DNA from: Takakia lepidozioides
Lineage: Eukaryota; Plantae; Bryophyta
NCBI GenBank assembly: GCA_030704615.1
Contig: CM060731.1
Coordinates: forward strand, 35,092,001-35,156,000
Length of the DNA stretch: 64,000 bases
Direction: 5' to 3'
Position 1 is the stretch's first letter, and every line of letters begins with the position of its first letter. Below are positions 37,810 to 47,776 of the stretch, in pieces. A program made the position numbers and the translations under genes. The notes under the pieces are model-generated. The model saw nothing but the letters and a program-made list of their open reading frames with translations, was not told the DNA's origin and did no database searches.

Positions 37810-40021
37810 TACATGGCTGAACGAGATGTGGTGTTGTGGAGTGCGATGATTGCAAGCTATGCACAGCAAGGGTGTGGGATGGAGGCTTTGGAGATCTATG
37901 AGCAAATGATGTGTGAAGGGGTGAAGCCGAACCACATAACATTTGTTTTTGCTTACAATGTGTGTGCAAGCCTGGGAGCTCTGGAAAAGGGGAAAGAGGT
38001 CCATGGTGACATCGTCAAAGTTGGAATTGTATGCACGGGATGGAGGCTTTGGAGACCTATGAGCAAATGATGTGCGAAGGGGTGAAGCCCAACCCCATAA
38101 TGTTTGTTTTTGTTTGCAATGCGTGTGCAAGCCTGGGAGCTCTGGAAAAGGGGAAAGAGGTACATGGTGACATCGTCACAACTGAAATTGTACCAGATGT
38201 CATCCTGAACACTGCCCTGGTGGACATGTATGCACGGGATGGAGGCTTTGGAGACCTATGAGCAAATGATATGCGAAGGGGTAAAGCCCAACCACATAAC
38301 GTTTGTTTTTGTTTGCAATGCGTGTGCAAGCCTGGGAGCTCTGGAAAAGGGGAAAGAGGTCCATGGTGACATCGTCAAAGCTGGAATTGTACCAGATGTC
38401 ATCCTCAACACTGCCCTGGTGGACATGTATGCAAAATGTGCGTGCATTTGAGGCTGGACTTGAGGGGGATGTCCATGTGGGGACTGCCCTTGTCAGCATG
38501 TATTACAGGTGTGAGAGTCTGACAGATGCCACCCGAGTATTTGACACAATGCCCAAGCAAGATGGGGTCTCATGGACTGCTATGATTGCAGGATCTGCTC
38601 AGCATGGTCATGGTGAGGAGGCTTTTAAACTCTCACATGTATGCACGGGATGGAGGCTTTGGAGACCTATGAGCAAATGATGTGCGAAGGGGTGAAACCC
38701 GACCACATCACGTTTGTGTGCATTTGCAGTGTGTGTGCAAGCCTGGCAGCCCTGGAAAAGGGCAAGGGCAAAGAGGTGCATGGCGACATCGTCAGAGCTG
38801 GAATCGTACCAGATGTGATCCTGAACAATACCCTGGTGGACATGTATGCCAGATGTGGGAGCATCGAGCGTGCAAAGGGAGTGTTCGACAATATGGCGGA
38901 ATGAGATGTGGTGTCGTGGAGTGCGATGCTCACAGGATATGCACAGCAGGGGTGCGAGATGGAGGCTTTGGAGACGTATGAGCAAATGATGTGCGAAGGG
39001 GTGAAGCCCAACCGCATCACGTGTGTGTGCGTTTGCAATGCATGTGCAAGCCTGGCAGCCCTGGAAAAGTAAAAAGAGGTCCATGGTGACATTATCAAAT
39101 CTAGAATTGTGCCCGATGTCATTCTAAACACTGCCCTGGTGGACATGTATGTCAAATGTAGGTGCATCGAGGATGCAAATGGAGTATGGCTGAACGTGAT
39201 GTGGTGTCGTGGAGTGTGATGATTGCAAGATATGCACAGCAAGAGTGCGGGATGGAGGCTTTGGAGACCTATGAGCAAATGATGTGCGAAGGGGTGAAAA
39301 CCAACCACATCACGTTTGTTTGTGTTTGCAATGCGTGTGAAAGCCTGGGAGCTCTGGAAAAGGGGAAAGAGGTCCATGGTGACATCGTCAAAGCTGGAAT
39401 TGTACCAGATGTCATCCTGAACACTGCCCTGGTGGACATGTATGCCAAATGTGGGTGCATGAAGGATGCGAAGGGAGTTAATTTCAGCATTATGGCTGAA
39501 CGAGATGTGGTGTCATGGAACGCAATGCTTGCAGGGGTATGCACAGCATGGGCACGGGATGGAGGCTTTGGAGCTATATTCTAGAGTTTGTTGAGCCTGT
39601 CACAGGTTGTCATTGTCAGTTGCTAGCAGCAAGATTTTCACTAGAATGTAGAGCCTCGGGCACCTGACTATCAGTGGGAACAGTCGCTACAAAACTACTA
39701 AGTTAATGCCCGCAGTAGTTGAACACCATACAAATTGAGCAACTTAGGATAATGTGAGTGTGCACCTGCTTTCCAGCTTCCAGACTTCCATCTTGATGCA
39801 CTTAAGCAAGAGACAAACATATGCATCTCAATCTGCTGAAATGCCTCCTTGGGTTTAAAGTCTGTAGAGCCTTTGTCAGTCTGCCTCCAGCTTTGGCGAT
39901 GCAATCATGCACCTCTTTGCCTTTTTCCAGGGCTGCCACCTGCTTGCACACGCACCGCAAACGCACACAAACGTGAGTCGGGCTTCACCCCTTCCCCCAT
40001 CATTTGCTTAGAGGTCTCCAA
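37810..40021 (+). pseudogene. Scrambled PPR triplets (+ strand to ~39575, short inverted pieces 39745-40021)
   Basis: ORFs 37813, 38031, 38230, 38641 and 39162 all encode partial P-L-S triplets. Confidence 0.9.
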
Positions 40022-41741
40022 ATCTGATATGGTGAATAGACACAACTCTTTTGAAATATCAAGGTGTAGGGTTACACCGATTGGTCAACTGGAAGGTTAC
40101 AACGGTTAGTTTGAACAGTTGTAGCTAAGTTCTTTGTCTTCTTCGTATAGAGAAGAAGTGCAATTATAATTATAGGAGAATATCTAGATCCATGTTTTTC
40201 CTCACTCTCTCTAAATACATGCAATGATGTATGAGAGTAGATCCTATGTAATTTGTTATATGGTATCAGAGAGGAGATTTATATGAAACAGCTTGAAGGC
40301 TATGTCAAAGCGGGAAAAGAAACTAAGGTTTGTAGGCTACTAAAAACACTTTATGGCCTCAAACAATCCCCAAGGGCATGGTATGAGCGAATAGATTCTT
40401 ATCTATTAAAATCTGGTTTTGCTAAAAATCCAGCAGATTCGAATGTCTATGTTAAGCGCCATCAAGCTTCTTTTGTATTGTTAGGGTTGTATGTTGATGA
40501 CTGCATCATTGCTGGAAACGATTTGAAGTTTCTAAAAGCAACAAAATCGGAGTTGTCAAGTGAGTTTGAGATGACAGATAATGGTCCTATTGAGTATTGT
40601 CTCGGCATACAAGTATCTAGAGATAGAAGAAAAAGACTAATTCATTTATCTCAAGAAAAGTATATACGAGATACACTAAAGAAATTCAATATGGAATTAT
40701 GTAAAGCTATCTCTACACCATGGTAGATATTCCTTATTCGAGTGTTGTGGGCAGCCTGATGTACATTATGGTGTGTACACGACCCAACCTTGCTTTCCCT
40801 GTAAGTCAAGTTTCACAATTTATGGCAAATCCTAGAAAACAACATTGGCTTGCTATAAAGCGGTTTTTTCAGGTATCTTCAAGCCACTATAACTTTTGGA
40901 CTTAGACAGGGGATTCAAGTTGAGACTTCACCAACAAACACTATTCAAGGATGGTGTGACTCTGATTTGGCAGCAGATGTAGACAATCGTCGTTCTGTCA
41001 CAGGTTATATATTTTGCATGAATGGAGGAGCGATATCGTGGCAAAGCAAGAAACATGCCACTATAGCTCTCTCGAGTACCGAGGCAAAATATATGGCTGC
41101 TGCACATGCAACTAATGAAGCAATATGGCTTAGGTAGTTAATTAGTGGACTTGGATTCCCAAGCTTAAAAGCTATTGTCTTATGTTGTGATAATCAGTCG
41201 TGTATAGCTTTGACAAAGAATCCTAGATTTCACGATCGGTCAAAGCATATAGAACTCAGATATCACTTTATAAGAGAAAAAGTAGAAACTAGTCAGATAG
41301 AACTAGTTTACTGTAGCACTAATGAGATGCTACATGATGCTTTAACTAAGGCTCTTCCGAAGCCCAAGCATCAGTATTGCATAGAGGCATTTGGAGTGCT
41401 TAGCTTTCATAACATTTACTATCAGATTGACAAAGTCTAGATTATGGATAAATTAAGGGGTAGTATTGAAATGATAGATAATCTCATCCATAATTCTAGG
41501 TTTCATCTGATATGGTGAATAGACCCAACTCTTGAAGTATCAAGGTGTAGGGTTACACCGATCGGTCAACTGGAAGGTTCCAACGGTTAGTTTGAACAGT
41601 CGTAGCTAAGTTCTTTGTCTTCTTCGTACAGAGAAGAAGTGTAATTATAATTACAGGAGAATATCTAGATCCATGTTTTTCCTCACTCTCTCTAAATACA
41701 TGCAATGATGTATGAGAGTAGATCTTGTGTAATTTGTTACA
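40022..41741 (+). mobile_element. Internally deleted Ty1/Copia element: truncated 5' LTR 40022-40260, PBS, RT/RNase H remnant, PPT, 3' LTR 41464-41741
   Basis: tggtatcagag PBS at 40261 joined to EEIYMKQ; LYGLKQSPRAW, LYVDD, SKHIELRYHFIR; matching LTRs. Confidence 0.92.
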
Positions 41742-43139
41742 CGAGCAACCAAGAGCCTTCAGCATTACAGAAAGAAGGTGAGGAACCATGAGCGTAGAAA
41801 TCAAGTACAGGAGAGGTCTTTTAAGTGAACAACAAGCACTAAGCAGGATTGTGAATGTGGTGAAATGGCTGACTGGAAAGGGAAGGTTTATGAATGTAGC
41901 GTTTGAAAGGAAGGGGGTACAAAAGATTGAAACTTCAGGTGAAAGAAGGCAAGCAGAGTCAGATTCACACTTTGACTGTAAGAGACAGTCTCTCAAAACC
42001 AACATAATTGTGATGGCGTACGAAGAAAAATGCTAACGAAGACAAAAGTGAGAAGGAGACGCGGGATTGGCCCGGTAACCTCAAAACTAAGCAGAAGTCC
42101 TTACAAATTGGTGCCTTCGCTATGCTAGGGTATGACATCGAGATCAAAAAGAGGGAAATCGCTACCAAATAGAAGCTCCAATGCAAGATGGACAGCAATG
42201 CTCTCAACCTTGAATTCATCTCATCGGGAGCTTAAGGAAGGGATGCCAAACTTACCCCGAACAGCCACATTGGCTGCTTTGGAGCATGCTGACATGCACT
42301 CCTTAAGCCCACTTGAATGGATTGAAGAGACTTAGCCTGGTTGGAGTTATCAACCCATATTGCAGATCCGTACTCCAAGGTAGGTCTAATAACGCGACAA
42401 GAGGAGAGAGAGAGAGAGAATAAGAGGTTTTAGTATTTCAGTTGAGCAGTAACAGTCAATGTTCACATCGATTCCTGCATTATCTCGGTAAATCTGTTTC
42501 TTTCTTTCAAGGCTCCCTTGCGATGTGACAACCATATGTGATCAATTTCAAGGATGAACACAACATATTTTTTGTGGGTCACTGTAGCCATCAGCCAATG
42601 CTGGTCTGGATTCAAAGAGATTCTGCGTTTTATTTTGAGAATGGTACCTTCGAATCTCAGGCTTGAGCCTTCGCTAAGGTTTGAAACCAATAATGCCATG
42701 CGACTTGTTCAATCCTGAGGCCAGAAATTGCATGCATTCTTTCCTCCATCGCGCTATGGTGCCCAAGACACTTTGTTTGATTATTCAGGCCACCGATGCT
42801 TCAACACTGCCTCATTGCGGGTTCTATTCACGGCAATCTTGTGTTCGTCGCCTACCACCATTGGCACACTAATTAGCTGTGGGAGACTCCGCCATCACCT
42901 TGCTCAACCATACAGGTTGCACACAAGCGCCAAATTAGTCCTAGACTGATCCCACCGGAAGATCTCTCTGTCTCTCTCTCTTTCATTACGTATGAAATAT
43001 GAAAATATATCAAGTCCTACAGTCTACTATGCGGACATGTACATATGGGGAACCGTACTTATTGAACATTGAAAGTGTTGTGACGGATTGTTCGGTACAA
43101 CATGTCAAAGTTGATGCAGGTGCTGCATCTGATCGGGCT
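41742..43139. repeat. Duplicated module copy 2 (MTPSL downstream flank)
   Basis: Near-identical to 16240-17631. Confidence 0.92.
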
Positions 43140-44426
43140 CTAAATTATCTCTTGTAGTTCGTGATGGACATTGGTGATGGCCCTGAGCTCTGGGAAAACT
43201 GAGTCAGGATGCCGGTAGCGCTTGTGCATGCTTTGCCAGTGAATAGCGCCAGACATAAACTCCTTCACACCTTCCACGTAGTGGAGCAGAGCATGGGCCC
43301 AAGGCTCCGCGCCCACCGACGCTGCCAACTGCGTCTCCAGCTCCAGGACGACGCGAGTGTAGGAGTTTACCACGTCCACGGCTCTCCACGCGGCTTGGGG
43401 TAGCGCTGTGCCTTCAGATTCCATCAACACCCTGATTAGATTTCGCGGATTGTCTTCCTGCACCTCCTTGTGGTAAGAGAAAAGATCGTTGGCTAAAGTC
43501 ATCTGAAGGGCGGTCGCGTTGGTGAGCTGTTGGATGAAGGATTGCGCGCGCACCTCGTTTGGAAGAAAGGCATTGTTGGCAAGCTCCACGAGATTCATAG
43601 AAAACAAGCCTCCACCGTTCCAGGCGCGCATTTGGGTGTAAGACTCCACGTCTTGCAAATATGAGCGGTCGCCTGCAATGTCAGCATGGCTGGCAACGGT
43701 CACTCTGCAGTACCCGATGAGAGAGTCTGCAAAAGTGTTGAACCATTCCGGGGTGGACAAGCGTCTCAAGTCCTCACCCAATTCCCACATCAACCCCTCG
43801 ATCGGGGTGGGATCGCACGGAGGCTCTTGTTGCCTGAAGAGAAGGTTCAAGCTGTTGAGGAACACTCCGATTTTGCGAGGGCTCTCACGGATGCTGCGAT
43901 CCATGCCATACTCCTCGAGGAGCAAGTCGTTTGGACAATCAAAGAAAAGATCATCGAGAATAAACGTGAGGGCGTATACGATAGATATGGCAACAAAACG
44001 ATCAGAACTGACGGCTCCGCTGTACACAAAGCTGGCCGACGAGATGCCCAGACGACAATAGGATTCTAACGAGTTGATCTGCCAGTGCTCCCAAATTTTC
44101 ATCAGGCGTTCCTCGGCGTCAACCACAAACATGCTCTGCTGTCGAGGTGGTAAGCCTCCGATGATCATGGAAGAGACGAGAGGTGGAAGCTCGATCTCAT
44201 CGTTCGTGGGATTCTGAATGGGTACATTTCCAGGTCGTTGTTCTACCCTGCTAGCTGTGCATCGCACAAGAAGGGAAGACGGGTATTTGACAAGAGAAGA
44301 GAAGCAAGGGCGCTTCTGAAAGGCATGAGTAGTAGGGAGGGTCCAGCGAGGGAGGAAGATAGGGAGACCTCTTTGGCAATGGATTGATAGGCCATTATGG
44401 AGCGGGCTCTGGAGCTGCGGAAGCAT
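43140..44426 (-). CDS. MTPSL: Microbial terpene synthase-like (MTPSL) class I terpene cyclase, intronless, with predicted plastid transit peptide (428 aa)
   Basis: DDLFFD Asp-rich motif, RAWNGGG, NDLFSYHKE (NSE/DTE), WQSMHKRY; S/L/R/P-rich N-terminus ending VRC-TAS; first ATG at 44426 (the track starts at a GTG). Confidence 0.92.
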   Translation of the reverse strand: MLPQLQSPLHNGLSIHCQRGLPIFLPRWTLPTTHAFQKRPCFSSLVKYPSSLLVRCTASRVEQRPGNVPIQNPTNDEIELPPLVSSMIIGGLPPRQQSMFVVDAEERLMKIWEHWQINSLESYCRLGISSASFVYSGAVSSDRFVAISIVYALTFILDDLFFDCPNDLLLEEYGMDRSIRESPRKIGVFLNSLNLLFRQQEPPCDPTPIEGLMWELGEDLRRLSTPEWFNTFADSLIGYCRVTVASHADIAGDRSYLQDVESYTQMRAWNGGGLFSMNLVELANNAFLPNEVRAQSFIQQLTNATALQMTLANDLFSYHKEVQEDNPRNLIRVLMESEGTALPQAAWRAVDVVNSYTRVVLELETQLAASVGAEPWAHALLHYVEGVKEFMSGAIHWQSMHKRYRHPDSVFPELRAITNVHHELQEII

Positions 44427-44537
44427 TGTGCGGTCCTCCGGCCGGCAGCTGCTACTAGAGCGGAGCACTGGAATAGAATGCGTAGGGCAGCAGAGCGATG
44501 AAGAGGAAGGCTTTGACAGAAATCACAGTAACTTCAC

Positions 44538-44544
44538 TTATATA
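44538..44544 (-). promoter_or_regulatory. TATA box of MTPSL
   Basis: TATATAA on the - strand ~112 bp upstream of the ATG, conserved at ~59054-59060 in copy 2. Confidence 0.6.
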
Positions 44545-45175
44545 CGCAACGCTGCAAACTCTCCCTCCGCGAGTTAAGTTCACCCGCAGGCTCGTGATCT
44601 CGGCAGCTGCCCAAACCCGCTCCTGAGTCCTCACCATCCTTTGTCTAATAATCTAATGCGTACTTTATTTTGCAAGTGACGCACGCGCGCGGTCCCCTCC
44701 GGCCCCTGACGTCGTGACAGCGCGGTCCCCGCTCCTCTCGCAAGTGCGATCCTCGATCAGCGGAGTGGATCTGGAACGCTGATGGATTGTACGTATTTAT
44801 GTCATAGCCCCCACGGAAGCCCGGTTGGCCAAAGTGGCGGGGCCCACCACCTCGTTAAGACCGGAAAAACCAGTGTTGAGCGCAGTGTTTTCCTGTTCAT
44901 TTTTTCAAAATCGCTGGCGGGGCCACATGTGAATTCTGTCCAGTGCCCATGTGGCAGGAAAAACGAGGTGGCAGGGCTAGAATATTCCAGGTGGCACGTT
45001 TTTAACTGGTCCACGTCTGCAAAATTAGGCACTAATTCTCAACTACTTGTGCTTTTTGGCGAAATTTTCGGATCTTACCCCAATAATTCATTTGTACAAG
45101 TACCTAACCCATCCTAGGAAAACTCAAGAGGGCGGGGCCGCGGGCAAATCCTACTAAGTCTGGACGTTGCTATCG

Positions 45176-45207
45176 CAGCCCCACAGCCCCACAGCCCCAC
45201 AGCCCCA
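45176..45207. repeat. (CAGCCCCA)4 tandem repeat
   Basis: Direct read. Confidence 0.9.
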
Positions 45208-45619
45208 CGCCTGCTTGCACTCGCTGCCACGCGGGTTCAATTCTTGGCCTCCATGTGGTTTGAGGGCATTGACAGGTCCAACTTCTATAAGGATACAATG
45301 TTCTTCACTTGTTTGAATTGCTTAAAACTGGTTGTGATTATTTATTATTATTATTATTTACTTATTGTTGTGCATTTGACACTTGTGTCGTCAACAGGTT
45401 GATATTTATAAGGGCTGGATTTATAGCTGAACACAAAATAAATCATTAGGAATATTACCGGTTGTAAAGAATTTATCTCGGAAATTGACCAGGTATAGCT
45501 ACCACTAAGGGGCAGCAACCGACTGCCCAACCCACTTAGCCGATTGCTGCTGGGAATGAGCGGTTATGGCTGGTTCAACTGAAATTATTTCCGGGGATGC
45601 TGGTGCAAAGGCTGCCATG

Positions 45620-46302
45620 AAACCTGAGCGCCAGCCTGCACTACTCCATGCCTTGGAGACAACTTGGGCCCACCTCGGAATCATTTGTCGTCGCATTAAT
45701 GATCTCATGTGTATTTGGACAGAGAGAGCATCCCCTCCTGATGGGAGGGAGAGAGAGGCCTGCTCGTTAGCAGCATCCCGAGAGTTTGAAAGATTGGAGA
45801 TCAACTGGAAGCATATCAGGTCCTCCTCTGCAACGCGCCTCCAGTTAGAATTCTTTAATTATCTACTATAATTTCGTCTCCCTTCTTGGCCTCTCTACTC
45901 ACTCCTTCTTCATCATACCCTCTCGCTGTCATCCCATTCCGTCGCATCCCCGATCCAACCTCTGCCAACCTATCTTAGGGCTGGTGTCTTCTTCTAACCC
46001 TCTACCCTCCCACTTACTAAATTACACTCTTACTACCTCAATGCTACACTCCGCCTGCATGGATATTCTGCCCAGTGTTGGACCTTCTCCACACTTGGGG
46101 TTTCTAGTGATTTAATCACGACTAATGGTGTCCTATTTACTTTTCTAGTTGTAGTTACTAGTTCTTCGTTATATCTCACGGCCTCCCGTGTGACATGCCT
46201 TATGGCAGCCTTTGGCACCCAAGGGTTTTAACTTTTTTCCCTCCAATAATTATAAATAAAGTTCGAGCAGGGCCTCGGTCCCTTTCCTCCCAAAAAAAAA
46301 AA
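45620..46302 (+). mobile_element. Probable L1-like LINE 3' end with poly(A)
   Basis: CIWTER-like C-terminal motif, pyrimidine-rich UTR, AATAAA near 46255, A11 tract 46292-46302. Confidence 0.5.
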
Positions 46303-47776
46303 CAAAACAACTTAACCTGGTCTCATTCAAATTCTTTACTTCCACTAACATCGGACCATTAAACAGTCAGCTACTGAAACAGATTTTACTAACATGAGCA
46401 GCTGTTTAATTTCACTAAAATGTGATCATGGAAAGAGTCAGCTAATGAAATGGGCTCTCATTAATATAAACAATTTTTTGTGACAACTTGATGGAGGTTG
46501 ACGTTCCCTGTGTGTGCCTTATTCAATTGTTTGAGAGGCTTTAGCCAATATTCATAGTTTTTTAGAGCAACAAGATGAAGATGTCACCAAGGTGATAAAA
46601 AAAATGCCGATCCTTGGATAAGGATATCACTAAGTTGCACGTACAAGACTATCGACAATCCACATTGGATTGGATTCATATTTTGTTGTTGATGACCCTA
46701 TGTAATACATATAATCATTTTTTTTTCCATAAGTGTTACATTCCAGTTTTCAAGCTCTCTATAAGTGTGATTTTTGAAAGATTCTTATTCTATATCTGTT
46801 ATGATGTTAAATATCTATATGTGTTACATTTCCTCTACTCCCTATGTGTAATACATATAGAGGGTAGACTGTAGTGTGATTTTTTGGGCTGCTTCATTGC
46901 CTTGCACTTGTACCTACATTTTGTTTTTATATTCTTGGGATTGAAACTTAGTTTTGGAAGGGAGTAGTCCTTTAGGGTGAAGAGACACCATAATTTAAGC
47001 TTTCTTCGGAGGCGTCATATATACAGGCGCCAGGCTGGCCAGTGCATTACATACCATCCTATAATTTGTAGTCTGGCCAGTGCATTACAACAGCTCAATG
47101 AAGTTCGATGTGCGCTCTTCATACACGTTAAGCCTCCTCTTGGGTCCTGGATTACCTACACTCGGCCTGCCACTCTTCCACCGCCTCGTGGTGGGCCTCA
47201 TTTGGGTAATCCTCTCCACTTGGAGGCTTACCCTACACATAAGTGGACTACCTCGGAGATTAAAGAGCTAACGGGTTTAATTGATATATGTCATGACTTC
47301 GTGACCCTTAGACCAAGTGGTTTGTTGGCTCCTCCCTCAAGAGGAGACCACACATCAGTGCCAAAATGGAAGAAGATCCTGATATACCTTTGACGGAAAA
47401 CACCCAAAAATAACAGATATACCTTCACTAGTTAACATTCCTCCTGATATTAATGAGCATCAAATATTAATTTTTATTTTTATTTTTATTTTTGTGAAAT
47501 ATATTTTAAATAACACCACCGGTAAATGGCTGGAGGCCGGCGAAAGCCGGTCGTTATTTCTTCTCTTCTTCCCTGCTCTCTTGTTAAGGGGGCTTGCAGG
47601 CTCATCTATCGTAGTGAGCAAATGAGCGCCTAAAAGTTATGAGGGTAGAGTAAGGTTTATCTATTATAGTGGGGCGGCAAGAGCTGAGAGTTATGAGGTG
47701 TGGAGTTGAACTATCGAGCAGCAGCAGCAGCGGTGACGTTTTTTGGGGAAGCAAGTGGATGCAGCGATGGACAACT

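Noticed and set aside
19161-38904. In-frame TGA codons corrected by U-to-C editing or readthrough
   Set aside because: Frameshifts and deletions co-occur; CpG decay explains them
17757-40021. Many 100-236 aa ORFs antisense to PPR motifs (e.g. 18563-19150, 35850-36389, 38667-39377)
   Set aside because: Shadow frames of repetitive PPR sequence with no independent protein signal
43140-44426. Bacterial or fungal contamination
   Set aside because: Has a transit peptide and TATA box, and its flanks are shared with plant PPR/TE modules
44427-44468. ORF-track N-terminal extension of MTPSL
   Set aside because: Begins at GTG; the first ATG is 44426
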